From IMG/VR virus record IMGVR_UViG_2663762908_000006: 18,765 nucleotides of DNA; one strand, given 5' to 3'. How positions within the stretch are numbered: position 1 is the first letter of the stretch; each line of letters opens with the position of its first letter. A model generated the notes under the pieces. The model was not told where the DNA came from and ran no database searches. It saw nothing but the letters and a program-made list of their open reading frames with translations. Shown piece after piece: positions 8,964 to 17,920 of the stretch. Made by a program: the position numbers and the translations under genes. The DNA is from a virus. Lineage: Duplodnaviria; Heunggongvirae; Uroviricota; Caudoviricetes.

Positions 8964-10935
8964 TTCCTGGTTCAGGATGCAGGCTGGTCACCAGAGTGAC
9001 GCGGATATTTATATTTATGACGAGATTGGTTTCTGGGGTGTTACAGCGAAGCAGTTTATCAGTGATCTGAATGCACTGGGCGATATCACCCACATTAATC
9101 TCCATATTAATTCACCGGGTGGCGATGTCTTTGAAGGCATCGCCATTTTTAATGCGCTGAAAACACATGGTGCGTCCATTACCGTTTATGTCGACGGTGT
9201 GGCGGCGTCAATGGCGTCGGTCATTGCGATGGTGGGAAACCCGGTCATTATGCCGGAAAACACCTTCATGATGATTCATAAACCATTTGGCTTTACGGGC
9301 GGTGATGCGGAGGACATGCGCACCTATGCCGACCTGCTCGATAAAGTTGAGGCGGTTCTGTTACCCGCTTATGCACAGAAAACCGGGAAAACCACCGATG
9401 AAATTGCTGCCATGCTGGCGGATGAGACCTGGATGTCCGGTGCCGAATGTCTGGCACATGGATTTGCTGATCAGGTAACGCCAGCCGTTAAGGCAATGGC
9501 ATGTATTCAGTCAAAACGTACAGAGGAATTTAAAAAGATGCCGGAATCCATTCGAAACATGATTACTCCGCCACGCAACAGTGCTCCACGCGTACAGGAT
9601 AATGAACCTGAAGCCTCCCGGACGCCAGTGCAGGCAGCAGCACCCGTGGTGGATGAAAACAGCATCCGTGCGCAGGTACTGGCAGAGCAAAAAGCGCGTG
9701 TAAACGGTATTAATGATCTGTTTGCCATGTTTGGCGGGCGTTATCAGACGCTGCAGGCTCAGTGTCTTGCCGATCCTGAATGTTCGCTGGAGCAGGCCCG
9801 CGAAAAGCTGTTGAACGAGATGGGGCGCGAGTCCACGCCATCCAATAAAAATACCCCGGCTCATATTTATGCCGGTAACGGTAATTTTGTGGGGGACGGG
9901 ATCCGCCAGGCGCTGATGGCGCGTGCCGGATTTGAAAAAACCGAACGTGATAATGTCTACAACGGGATGACCCTGCGTGAATATGCCCGTATGTCACTGA
10001 CTGAACGGGGTATTGGGGTTTCCAGTTATAACCCGATGCAGATGGTCGGTGCGGCGTTCACACACAGTACGTCTGACTTCGGTAATATTCTGCTGGATGT
10101 TGCGAACAAAGCCATTCTGCAGGGCTGGGAAGATGCCCCTGAAACCTATGAACAGTGGACGCGGAAAGGTCAGTTGTCTGATTTTAAAATTGCCCATCGT
10201 GTGGGTATGGGTGGCTTCAGTGCTCTGCGTCAGGTGCGTGAAGGGGCGGAATATAAATACGTCACCACCGGAGATAAACAGGCCACTATTGCACTGGCGA
10301 CCTATGGCGAGCTGTTCAGTATCACCCGTCAGGCCATTATCAATGATGATCTGAATATGCTGACCGATGTCCCGATGAAACTGGGCCGTGCGGCGAAATC
10401 CACTATTGCCGATCTGGTTTATGCCATTCTGACGTCTAACCCGAAAATCTCCACAGATAATGTAAGTCTGTTCGATAAAGCGAAACATGCAAACGTACTG
10501 GAGAGCGCTGCAATGGACGTGGCATCGCTGGATAAAGCCCGCCAGTTGATGCGCGTTCAGAAAGAGGGGGAGCGTCATCTGAATATTCGTCCTGCGTTCG
10601 TACTGGTACCGACGGCGATGGAGTCTGTTGCTAACCAGGTCATTCGCTCCTCAAGTGTCAAGGGGGCTGACATTAACGCCGGTATTATTAACCCGGTGAA
10701 AGATTTTGCGACCGTTATTGCAGAGCCTCGTCTTGATGATAACAGCCAGACCACCTTCTACCTGGCTGCGTCAAAAGGCTCCGATACGATTGAAGTGGCT
10801 TATCTCAACGGTGTGGATACGCCATATATTGATCAGATGGAGGGCTTCAGTGTGGATGGCGTGACAACGAAAGTGCGTATTGACGCCGGTGTCGCGCCAG
10901 TTGATCACCGCGGTCTGGTGAAATGTACGGCGTAA
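8908..10935 (+). CDS. Prohead protease (ClpP/S14-like) with linker and major capsid domain in one ORF
   Basis: GTG start with AAGGAGG 5 nt upstream, overlapping the portal 3' end by 56 nt. N-terminal ~250 aa is ClpP-like (IYIYDEIGFWG..., INSPGGDVFEG, VDGVAASMASVIAMVG...). The middle is Pro/Ala/Gln-rich; the C-terminal ~350 aa resemble Mu-gpT/HK97-type capsid proteins. Replaces the lambda C-Nu3-D-E block. Confidence 0.75.
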   Translation: MPQRNDMSRSTPTTSPKNNSWFRMQAGHQSDADIYIYDEIGFWGVTAKQFISDLNALGDITHINLHINSPGGDVFEGIAIFNALKTHGASITVYVDGVAASMASVIAMVGNPVIMPENTFMMIHKPFGFTGGDAEDMRTYADLLDKVEAVLLPAYAQKTGKTTDEIAAMLADETWMSGAECLAHGFADQVTPAVKAMACIQSKRTEEFKKMPESIRNMITPPRNSAPRVQDNEPEASRTPVQAAAPVVDENSIRAQVLAEQKARVNGINDLFAMFGGRYQTLQAQCLADPECSLEQAREKLLNEMGRESTPSNKNTPAHIYAGNGNFVGDGIRQALMARAGFEKTERDNVYNGMTLREYARMSLTERGIGVSSYNPMQMVGAAFTHSTSDFGNILLDVANKAILQGWEDAPETYEQWTRKGQLSDFKIAHRVGMGGFSALRQVREGAEYKYVTTGDKQATIALATYGELFSITRQAIINDDLNMLTDVPMKLGRAAKSTIADLVYAILTSNPKISTDNVSLFDKAKHANVLESAAMDVASLDKARQLMRVQKEGERHLNIRPAFVLVPTAMESVANQVIRSSSVKGADINAGIINPVKDFATVIAEPRLDDNSQTTFYLAASKGSDTIEVAYLNGVDTPYIDQMEGFSVDGVTTKVRIDAGVAPVDHRGLVKCTA

Positions 10936-10958
10936 ACGTCGCAGACAACAACTCTGAT

Positions 10959-10978
10959 GGCCCGTAAGGGCTTTTTTT
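10959..10978 (+). terminator. Weak intrinsic terminator after the capsid gene
   Basis: GGCCC-GTAA-GGGCT stem with a GNRA-type loop followed by seven Ts. A second perfect 6-bp hairpin (AGCCCC-TGAAC-GGGGCT, 10991-11007) follows, without a T-run. Confidence 0.4.
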
Positions 10979-11021
10979 GTACCTGAAATCAGCCCCTGAA
11001 CGGGGCTGTGCGGAGACAGTT

Positions 11022-11345
11022 ATGGCAAAGAATTTTGTAGAAGAAGGAAAAACGGTGGCGATTGTTGCCAGTGCAGCCATCAGCAGCGGAGATCTGGTGC
11101 AGGTGGGTGATGTTTTTGCGGTGGCGCTGACCGATATTCCACAGGGTGAAACAGGCGACGGCATGACCGAAGGTGTGTTTATCCTGCCTAAACTGAAAAC
11201 GGATGACATGAAAACGGGTAAGAAGGTTTATCTGAAGTCCGGAAAAGTTCAGCTGACTAACAGCGGCTCTGATCCGCTGGTCGGGGTTGTCTGGGCAGAT
11301 GCCGGAACCAGTGCAGAAGAAGTGCCGGTAAAACTCAATGTCTGA
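11022..11345 (+). CDS. Small head protein (DUF2190-like; at the decoration/FI position)
   Basis: 107 aa from ATG 11022 with GGAG 6 nt upstream; Gly/Val-rich beta-type composition. Lies between the capsid gene and the FII-like gene. Confidence 0.5.
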   Translation: MAKNFVEEGKTVAIVASAAISSGDLVQVGDVFAVALTDIPQGETGDGMTEGVFILPKLKTDDMKTGKKVYLKSGKVQLTNSGSDPLVGVVWADAGTSAEEVPVKLNV

Positions 11346-11613
11346 TCCCTTTTCCCGGCTGGCAGCGCGTATGGATGCGATCACGGTCAGAAAGATGGGA
11401 AAGACAGCCTCGATTAATGATGTCGATATGGCTGTGATCCCGGGCGAAACACTGGCAGAGCTGAATGCTCTGTCCGGACCTGCGGTCTCTCTGGTGGTGT
11501 TTTCTTCGGGATACCGCCCACGGCGCGGGGATCGCGTTGTTTATGACGGACAACAATGGACGGTCACACGGCATGAACGTTTTAACGGTAAGCCAATGAT
11601 CTTTATTGAGTAA
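11338..11613 (+). CDS. FII: Head-tail joining protein, gpFII-like
   Basis: 91 aa. Resembles lambda FII at both ends (DPFSRLAARMDAIT vs DFDNLFDAAIARAD; RPRRGDRVVYDGQQWTV vs RQLRRGDTLTIGEENFWV). Position before gpZ as in lambda. Confidence 0.6.
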   Translation: MSDPFSRLAARMDAITVRKMGKTASINDVDMAVIPGETLAELNALSGPAVSLVVFSSGYRPRRGDRVVYDGQQWTVTRHERFNGKPMIFIE

Positions 11614-11624
11614 AGAGGTGTGGG

Positions 11625-12203
11625 ATGAAGGGGCTTGAGAATGCCATCCGCAATCTGAACAGCCTTGATACCCGTATGGTGCCACAGGCCAGCGCATGGG
11701 CGATAAACCGTGTGGCACAGAAAGCGGTCTCGGTTGCCACCCGGCAGGTTGCCGGGAATACCGTTGCGGGAGATAACCAGGTGAAAGGGATCCCCCTGAA
11801 ACTGGTACGTCAGCGTGTCCGGGTGTTTAAAGCCAGTCCGTCAGGAAAAATGACGGCCAGGATCCGCGTTAACCGGGGCAATCTGCCCGCCATTAAGCTG
11901 GGGACAGCCCGGGTCAGACTGGCCCGGCGTGGTGGAAAACTGCAGTACCGTGGCAGTGTGCTGAAGGTGGGTAAATATCTTTTCCGGGATGCGTTTATTC
12001 AGCAACTGGCGAATGGTCGCTGGCATGTGATGCGGCGTATTGATGGCAAAAATCGTTACCCCATTGATGTGGTGAAAATCCCGCTTTCCGGACCGCTGAC
12101 ACAGGCATTTGAAGATGCCCGCGACCGCATCATTGCTGCGGAAATGCCGAAACAGCTGGGGTATGCACTGAAACAACAACTGAGGTTATGGCTGACCCGA
12201 TGA
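11625..12203 (+). CDS. Z: Tail attachment / tail completion protein gpZ
   Basis: 192 aa, the same length as lambda gpZ, with clear similarity (KGLE..., AINRVA, IKVNRG-LP-IKLG-ARV, FIQQL-NGRWHVM-R--GKNRYPIDVVKIP, LGYAL--QLR). AGAGGTG SD. Confidence 0.85.
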   Translation: MKGLENAIRNLNSLDTRMVPQASAWAINRVAQKAVSVATRQVAGNTVAGDNQVKGIPLKLVRQRVRVFKASPSGKMTARIRVNRGNLPAIKLGTARVRLARRGGKLQYRGSVLKVGKYLFRDAFIQQLANGRWHVMRRIDGKNRYPIDVVKIPLSGPLTQAFEDARDRIIAAEMPKQLGYALKQQLRLWLTR

Positions 12204-12601
12204 ACCGACATACACAAATCCGCCAGGCCGTACTGGCACGCCTTCGGGAACAGTGTGGAGACAGCGCCACGTTTTTTGACGGGCTTCCGGCATTTATTGA
12301 TGCGCAGGAACTGCCTGCCGTGGCGGTGTGGCTGAGTGATGCTCAGTACACCGGAAAAATGACGGATGAAGATGACTGGCAGGCTGTTCTGCATATTGCT
12401 GTCTTCATCCGGGCACAGGCACCGGATTCAGAGCTGGATATGTGGATGGAGAGCACCATTTTCCCGGCTCTGAATGATATACCGGCACTTTCCGGACTCA
12501 TCGACACCCTGATCCCTCTCGGTTTTAACTATCAACGTGATAATGAGATGGCCACCTGGGCGATGGCGGAAATCACGTACCAGATCACGTACACGAATTA
12601 A
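12188..12601 (+). CDS. U: Tail terminator protein gpU
   Basis: Similar to lambda gpU (ATFFDG-PA, FPAVAV-L--A-YTG, ELHI-VF--AQ-PDSELD-WMES-I-P---DIPALS-LI). Overlaps the Z stop. Start 12188 or 12200 is ambiguous. Confidence 0.85.
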   Translation: MADPMNRHTQIRQAVLARLREQCGDSATFFDGLPAFIDAQELPAVAVWLSDAQYTGKMTDEDDWQAVLHIAVFIRAQAPDSELDMWMESTIFPALNDIPALSGLIDTLIPLGFNYQRDNEMATWAMAEITYQITYTN

Positions 12602-12606
12602 AGGAG

Positions 12607-13356
12607 GTGGCAATGACCACACCAAATCCACTGGCAAAAACGAAAGGTGCGGGAACGACGTTCTGGATGTACACCGGCAAGGGCGATGCGTTTGCGAACC
12701 CTTTATCGGACACTGACTGGCTGCGTCTTGCGATGGTGAAGGATCTGCAACCTGGCGAAATGACCGCTGATGCAGAAGATGACACTTATCTCGATGATGA
12801 AGATGCAGACTGGAAAACGACAACCCAGGGGCAGAAATCCGTCGGTGATACTTCGGCGACGCTGGCCTGGCGTCCGGGTGACAGCGGACAGAAAAAACTG
12901 GTTCAGTTGTTCGACTCCGGTGAAGTCTGCGCGTTTCGTATCAAATATCCCAACGGCACTGTTGATGTTTTCCGTGGCTGGCTGAGCTCACTGGGTAAAA
13001 CCATTGCCTCAAAAGACGTGATGACCCACACAGTGAAAATCAGCGGTGTGGGGCGTCCGTATCTGGCAGAGGAAGGCACTGAAACAGTGAGCGTTACCGG
13101 GCTGACGGTGGCACCGGCATCTGCCAGTGTAAAAGTGGGAGCAACCACCACGCTGACCTTTACAGTAAAACCTGACGGAGCCAGTGACAAAGCGATCAGT
13201 GTGCATTCGACAGATCCACAGACTGCCACGGTGACCCTGAACGGGCTTGTGGCCACGGTGAAAGGCGTGAAGCAGGGCAGTGTCAGCATTGTGGGCATGA
13301 CTTCTGACGGCGATTTTGTGGCAGTGGCTGCGGTGGCTGTCAGCGCCGCAGGTTAA
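12607..13356 (+). CDS. V: Major tail protein gpV with C-terminal Ig-like (Big_2-type) domain
   Basis: 249 aa with AAGGAGGT SD. Strong similarity to lambda gpV along its length (KGAGTT-W-Y-G-GD--ANPLSD-DW-RLA-VKDL-PGE-TA, YLDDEDADW, FPNGTVDVFRGW-SS-GK). The C-terminal ~90 aa are Thr/Val/Ser-rich and Ig-like. Confidence 0.92.
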   Translation: MAMTTPNPLAKTKGAGTTFWMYTGKGDAFANPLSDTDWLRLAMVKDLQPGEMTADAEDDTYLDDEDADWKTTTQGQKSVGDTSATLAWRPGDSGQKKLVQLFDSGEVCAFRIKYPNGTVDVFRGWLSSLGKTIASKDVMTHTVKISGVGRPYLAEEGTETVSVTGLTVAPASASVKVGATTTLTFTVKPDGASDKAISVHSTDPQTATVTLNGLVATVKGVKQGSVSIVGMTSDGDFVAVAAVAVSAAG

Positions 13357-13376
13357 CAGGACGATACTCATCATTT

Positions 13377-13400
13377 GCCCCGGTTATCCGGGGCTTTTTT
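13377..13400 (+). terminator. Rho-independent terminator between V and G
   Basis: Perfect GCCCCGG-TTAT-CCGGGGC hairpin followed by TTTTTT. Confidence 0.6.
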
Positions 13401-13413
13401 GCAGGTGGAGAAC

Positions 13414-13803
13414 ATGATGTTTCTGAAACAGGGCACGTTTAATTATGAAAAGCAGTCCGTGGTGCTCAGTGAGCTGTCCGGGCTGCAGAGAATTGAATAT
13501 CTGGCGTTTGTTCAGCAGCGAACGGCAAAGTTTGATGCCGAAGAGGGAGAACTGCCGGAGGCTGAACGACAGATTGCTTTTCTGCGGATGGGGATGGATA
13601 TCAATGCCTGGCTGGTTTCCCGCTCACTGTGGAATGCGGAACAGTCTCAGGATGTTGAGACGCTTTGCGCATCCGTTATTACAACATGGTCGTATGATGC
13701 CCTGGGAGCGGGGGCGGAGATGGTTCTGTCGCTGAGCGGTATGGGAGCCATTGAGAATGCCGGGGATTTGGAGCATGAGGTGCTGACGCCGGAAAAGTCC
13801 TGA
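13414..13803 (+). CDS. G: Tail assembly chaperone gpG
   Basis: Similar to lambda gpG (MFLK..., V-LSELS-LQRIE-LA). GGTGGAG SD. Followed by a -1-frame ORF as in the lambda G/T pair. Confidence 0.85.
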   Translation: MMFLKQGTFNYEKQSVVLSELSGLQRIEYLAFVQQRTAKFDAEEGELPEAERQIAFLRMGMDINAWLVSRSLWNAEQSQDVETLCASVITTWSYDALGAGAEMVLSLSGMGAIENAGDLEHEVLTPEKS

Positions 13804-14141
13804 CGCGGGAAATGCAGTTTGTCATGCGGCTTGCCCGGGAGTTCAGGCGGGCAGACTGGCGGCGGATGCTGTCGGAAATGTCGGCCACTGAGCTTGGTGA
13901 GTGGGGCGATTATTTCCGGATGCAGAGCTTCAGTGATGTGTGGATGGATGCGCAGTTTGCCTCGCTGAAGGCATTGATCGTGAGAATGGTGTCCGGCAGC
14001 AGTGATGCTGCGGTGGCTGATTTCAGCCTTTTACCGGAAGAGAACGGGATACCGGAGCGAACGGACGAAGAACTGATGCATCTTGGGGAAGGTATTTCCG
14101 GAGGTGTGCGTTATGGACCAGATAGCCAACCTGGTCATTGA
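13791..14141 (+). CDS. T: gpT segment of the G-T tail assembly chaperone, reached by a programmed -1 frameshift from G
   Basis: The -1 frame relative to G is open from 13779 to the stop at 14141 and overlaps the last codons of G. Candidate slip site GGAAAAG at 13791-13797 (zero-frame GAA AAG). Conserved G/T arrangement of long-tailed phages. Confidence 0.6.
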   Translation, partial: GKVLTREMQFVMRLAREFRRADWRRMLSEMSATELGEWGDYFRMQSFSDVWMDAQFASLKALIVRMVSGSSDAAVADFSLLPEENGIPERTDEELMHLGEGISGGVRYGPDSQPGH

Positions 14142-17100
14142 TTTGGGGATTGATGCGGCAGAGTTTAAAAATGAAATTCCCCGTATCAAAAACCTTCTGA
14201 ATGGTGCAGCCAGCGATGCAGAACGGTCTTCTGCCCGTATGCAGCGTTTTATGGAGCGTCAGACTCAGGCCGCCCGGCAGACAACGCAGGCGGCGTCTTC
14301 GGCTGCAACAGCCGCATCCGTCCATGCGCAGACGGTGGAGAAGAACGCACAGGCTCATGAACGCATGGCCCGCGAGGTGGAGAAAACCCGCCAGCGTATG
14401 GAGGCACTGAGCCAGAAAATGCGCGAGGAACAGGCGCAGGCCATGGCTCTGGCGGAGGCTCAGGATAAAGCAGCTGCTGCGTTTTATCGTCAGATTGACA
14501 GTGTGAAACAGGCCAGTGCGGGGCTGCAGGAATTACAGCGTATTCAGCAGCAGATCCGACAGGCCAGAAACAGTGGCGGGATTGGTCAGCAGGATTATCT
14601 GGCGCTGATTTCTGAGGTTACGGCGAAAACCCGTGTTCTTACGCAGGCTGAGGAAGAGGCTACCCGACAGAAAGTGGCGTTTATCCGTCAGCTTAAAGAG
14701 CAGGCAACCCGCCAGAATCTTTCTTCTTCTGAGTTGCTTCGTGCTAAGGCTGCCCAGCTGGGGGTAAGCAGTGCTGCAGAAGTGTATATCCGCAAAATGG
14801 AGCAGGCAGGAAAAGCCACGCATTCGCTGGGTCTGAAAAGTGCAGCGGCCCGCCAGGAGATAGGCGTTCTGATAGGTGAACTGGCCCGCGGCAATTTAGG
14901 GGCGCTGAGGGGATCCGGGATAACGCTGGCTAACCGTGCCGGATGGATAGACACTCTGATGTCACCGAAAGGCATGATGCTTGGCGGGGTTATTGGCGGT
15001 ATTGCCGCGTCCGTCTATGGTCTGGGTAAAGCCTGGTATGACGGTCAGAAGGAGGGGGAAGAATTTAACCGCCAGTTGTCGCTGACGGGGCATTATGCCG
15101 GAGTCACTGCCGGGCAGCTGTGGACGCTCAGTCGTGCTATTTCCGGGAATGGTATCACGCAACATGCTGCAGCCGGTGTGCTGGCTCAGGTGGTGGGGAG
15201 TGGTGCATTTCGTGGAAACGATATCGGTATGGTGGCGAGAGCTGCCGCACAGATGGAGCGATCGGTTGGCCAGTCGGTCAGCGATACCATAAATCAGTTT
15301 AAGCGGCTGAAGGATGATCCTGTAAATGCCGCGAAGGCTCTGGACAATGAGCTGCATTTTCTTACTGCCACTCAGCTTGAGCAGATACGTGTCCTTGGGG
15401 ATCAGGGACGGTCCAGTGATGCTGCACGGATAGCCATGTCTGCACTGGCAGAGGAAACCGGTCGGCGTACTGCGGATATTGATAATAACCTCAATGCGCT
15501 TGGCAGTACGCTGAAGTATCTGTCTGATTTATGGAGTCGTTTCTGGGATGCGGCCATGAATATTGGTCGTGAAGACTCGCTGGATGAACAGATTGCCGCT
15601 TTACAGGAGAAAGTGTCGCGGGCGAAAAGACTCCCCTGGACGGCATCATCTTCTCAGGTTGAATACGATCAGCAGCGTCTTAACGATCTTCAGGAGAAAA
15701 AACGCCAGAAGGATTTGCAGGATGCAAAAGAGCAGGCAGAGCGGAATTATCAGGAGCAACAGAAACGACGTAATGCTGAAAATGCTGCACTGAACCGGAT
15801 GAATGAAACGGAAGCAGCACGACATCAGCGTGAAATTGCGCGTATTAATGCCATGCAGTACGCCGATCAGGCTGTCAGGGATGCAGCGATACAACGTGAA
15901 AATGAACGTTACGAGAAAGCCCTGGCATCCGGTAAGAAAAAAACACGCGAAACCCGTAATGATGAGGCCACCCGGTTATTGCTGCAGTACAGTCAGCAAC
16001 AGGCACAGGTGGAAGGACAGATTGCTGCTGCAAGACAGTCAGCAGGCATTGCCACTGAAAAGATGACAGAAGCGCATAAACAGCTTCTGGCTCTGCAGCA
16101 GCGCATCAGCGATCTGGACGGGAAAAAACTGACGGCAGATGAAAAGAGTGTGCTGGCCCGTAAAGATGAACTGATTCAGGCACTGACGCTGCTGGATGTA
16201 AAACAGCAGGAGCTTCAGAAACAGACGGCACTCAACGATCTGAAGAAAAAAACAATTCAGCTGACCAGTCAACTGGCTGAAGAAGAGCTCGCTCAGCGTC
16301 AGCAACATGACCTGGATATCGCCACGGTGGGTATGGGTGATCAGCAGCGGCAGCGATATCAGGTACAACTGAGTCTTCGCCAGAAATACCAGCAACAGCT
16401 GGAGCAGTTGAGGCGGGATAGTGAGCAGAAAGGGACATATAACACGGATGACTACAGAAAGGCCGAGCAGGCGCTGACGGAGAGCCTGAACCGACAACTG
16501 AATGAGAATCGCCGTTACTGGCAACAGCTTGAAGTTGTGCAGGGTAACTGGAAAAACGGAGTCCTGCGTGCATTTCAGGATTTTACCGTGGATGCAGACA
16601 ATACGGCAGGAACAGCAGAACAGGTGTTCTCGTCAGCCTTCAGCAACATGGGAAATGGCCTGGCAACTTTTGTCACTACCGGCAAACTCAACTTCAAATC
16701 CTTCACCTCTTCGGTGCTGTCAGATATGGCGAAAATCCTGGCGCAGGCAACCATGATGAAATCGATAAAAGGGATTGGCAGTGTACTGGGATTTGATCTC
16801 AGCAGCCTTTCCCTGAATGCCAATGGGGGGATTTATCAGTCTGCTGATTTGAGTCGTTACAGTGGCACGGTGGTTAACCGTCCGACGTTTTTTGCTTTTG
16901 CAAAAGGCGCGGGTGTGATGGGGGAAGCGGGACCTGAAGCCATTCTGCCACTGCGTCGTGGTGCTGACGGTAAGCTGGGGGTTGTGGCGGATATTGGTGG
17001 TTCAGGTATGGCGATGTTTGCCCCGCAGTACAACATCGAGATCAATAACGATGGCACGAACGGGCAGATAGGTCCGGCTGCCCTGAAGGTGGTTTATGAC

Positions 17101-17178
17101 CTTGGGAAAAAAGCGGCAGCGGACTTTATGCAACAGCAGGCCCGTGATGGTGGTCGGTTAAGTGGAGCATATCGGTAA
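14113..17178 (+). CDS. H: Tail tape measure protein gpH
   Basis: 1021 aa with GGAGGTG SD 6 nt upstream of ATG 14113 (the ORF opens at 14083 with TTG). Long Gln/Ala/Glu-rich coiled-coil central region; Gly-rich hydrophobic segments near the C-terminal third. Position between G/T and M. Confidence 0.9.
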   Translation: MDQIANLVIDLGIDAAEFKNEIPRIKNLLNGAASDAERSSARMQRFMERQTQAARQTTQAASSAATAASVHAQTVEKNAQAHERMAREVEKTRQRMEALSQKMREEQAQAMALAEAQDKAAAAFYRQIDSVKQASAGLQELQRIQQQIRQARNSGGIGQQDYLALISEVTAKTRVLTQAEEEATRQKVAFIRQLKEQATRQNLSSSELLRAKAAQLGVSSAAEVYIRKMEQAGKATHSLGLKSAAARQEIGVLIGELARGNLGALRGSGITLANRAGWIDTLMSPKGMMLGGVIGGIAASVYGLGKAWYDGQKEGEEFNRQLSLTGHYAGVTAGQLWTLSRAISGNGITQHAAAGVLAQVVGSGAFRGNDIGMVARAAAQMERSVGQSVSDTINQFKRLKDDPVNAAKALDNELHFLTATQLEQIRVLGDQGRSSDAARIAMSALAEETGRRTADIDNNLNALGSTLKYLSDLWSRFWDAAMNIGREDSLDEQIAALQEKVSRAKRLPWTASSSQVEYDQQRLNDLQEKKRQKDLQDAKEQAERNYQEQQKRRNAENAALNRMNETEAARHQREIARINAMQYADQAVRDAAIQRENERYEKALASGKKKTRETRNDEATRLLLQYSQQQAQVEGQIAAARQSAGIATEKMTEAHKQLLALQQRISDLDGKKLTADEKSVLARKDELIQALTLLDVKQQELQKQTALNDLKKKTIQLTSQLAEEELAQRQQHDLDIATVGMGDQQRQRYQVQLSLRQKYQQQLEQLRRDSEQKGTYNTDDYRKAEQALTESLNRQLNENRRYWQQLEVVQGNWKNGVLRAFQDFTVDADNTAGTAEQVFSSAFSNMGNGLATFVTTGKLNFKSFTSSVLSDMAKILAQATMMKSIKGIGSVLGFDLSSLSLNANGGIYQSADLSRYSGTVVNRPTFFAFAKGAGVMGEAGPEAILPLRRGADGKLGVVADIGGSGMAMFAPQYNIEINNDGTNGQIGPAALKVVYDLGKKAAADFMQQQARDGGRLSGAYR

Positions 17179-17507
17179 TGGAGACGTTTCACTGGAAAGT
17201 GCGCCCGGATATGAATGTGGTATCAGAGCCGAAAGTGGTGACAGTGAAGCTGGGCGATGGTTATGAACAGCGTCGTGCGGCGGGACTGAATAACCAGTTG
17301 TCGACTTACAGCGTGACGATACGTGTTCGTAAATGTGAACACCCATCTTTAAAAGCCTTTCTGGAACGGCACGGTGGCGTCCGCGCATTTCAGTGGACGC
17401 CACCTTATGACTGGAAGCCGATCAGGGTGGTTTGTCGTAAATGGTCGGCAAGCGTGGGGGCGTTGTGGGTAACCATAACGGCAGATTTTGAACAGGTCGT
17501 GGCATAG
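17178..17507 (+). CDS. M: Minor tail protein gpM
   Basis: 109 aa, the same length as lambda gpM and clearly similar (F-WKV-P-M-V-S-P-V--V--GDGY-QR-AGLN--L-TYSVT, HGG---F-WTPPY-W--I-V-C-KWS, EFEQVV). Start overlaps the H stop (TAATG). Confidence 0.9.
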   Translation: METFHWKVRPDMNVVSEPKVVTVKLGDGYEQRRAAGLNNQLSTYSVTIRVRKCEHPSLKAFLERHGGVRAFQWTPPYDWKPIRVVCRKWSASVGALWVTITADFEQVVA

Positions 17508-17516
17508 GAGTCTCTG

Positions 17517-17882
17517 ATGCAGGATATTCCACAGGAAACACATCATGAGACGACACGCCTCACTCAGTCAGCCCAGGTGGTGCTCTGGGAAATCGATCTG
17601 ACAGTGGTCGGTGGAGAACGTTATTTTTTCTGTAATGAGCAGAACGAAAAAGGTGAGCCGATCACCTGGCAGGGGCGACAGTATCAGGCGTATCCCATTC
17701 AGGGGACGGGATTTGAACTGAACGGCAAGGGCAGTGCTGCCCGTCCGACACTGACGGTTTCTAACCTGCACGGCATGGTCACCGCGATGGCGGAAGACCT
17801 GCAGAGTCTGGTCGGAGGAACGGTGGTCCGGCGTAAGGTTTACGCCCGTTTTCTGGATGCGGTGAACTTCGTCAACGGAAAC
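17517..17882 (+). CDS. L: Minor tail protein gpL, 3'-truncated by the assembly gap
   Basis: AGGAG SD. The first 122 aa are highly similar to lambda gpL (MQDI-QET..., SVVLWEIDLT-VGGERYFFCNEQNEKGEP-TWQGRQYQ-YPIQG-GFELNGKG---RPTLTVSNL-GMVT-MAED-QSLVGGTVVRRKVYARFLDAVNFVNGN). The ORF runs into the N run at 17883. Confidence 0.85.
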
Positions 17883-17892
17883 NNNNNNNNNN
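17883..17892. other. Assembly gap (run of 10 N)
   Basis: Ten consecutive n characters. Phage sequence (gpL) on one side, chromosomal dnaQ-downstream sequence on the other. Confidence 0.95.
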
Positions 17893-17920
17893 GCGTTGTG
17901 TTCCGTTGGGAACGAGGCGA

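Noticed and set aside
9994-10578. - strand 194-aa ORF inside the capsid domain region
   Set aside because: Antisense to the capsid coding sequence; no SD; the + frame carries clear domain similarity.
14533-16824. Multiple - strand ORFs up to 161 aa inside the tape measure gene
   Set aside because: Leu-rich translations are the expected antisense of Gln/Glu/Ala-rich coiled-coil codons; they are not independent genes.
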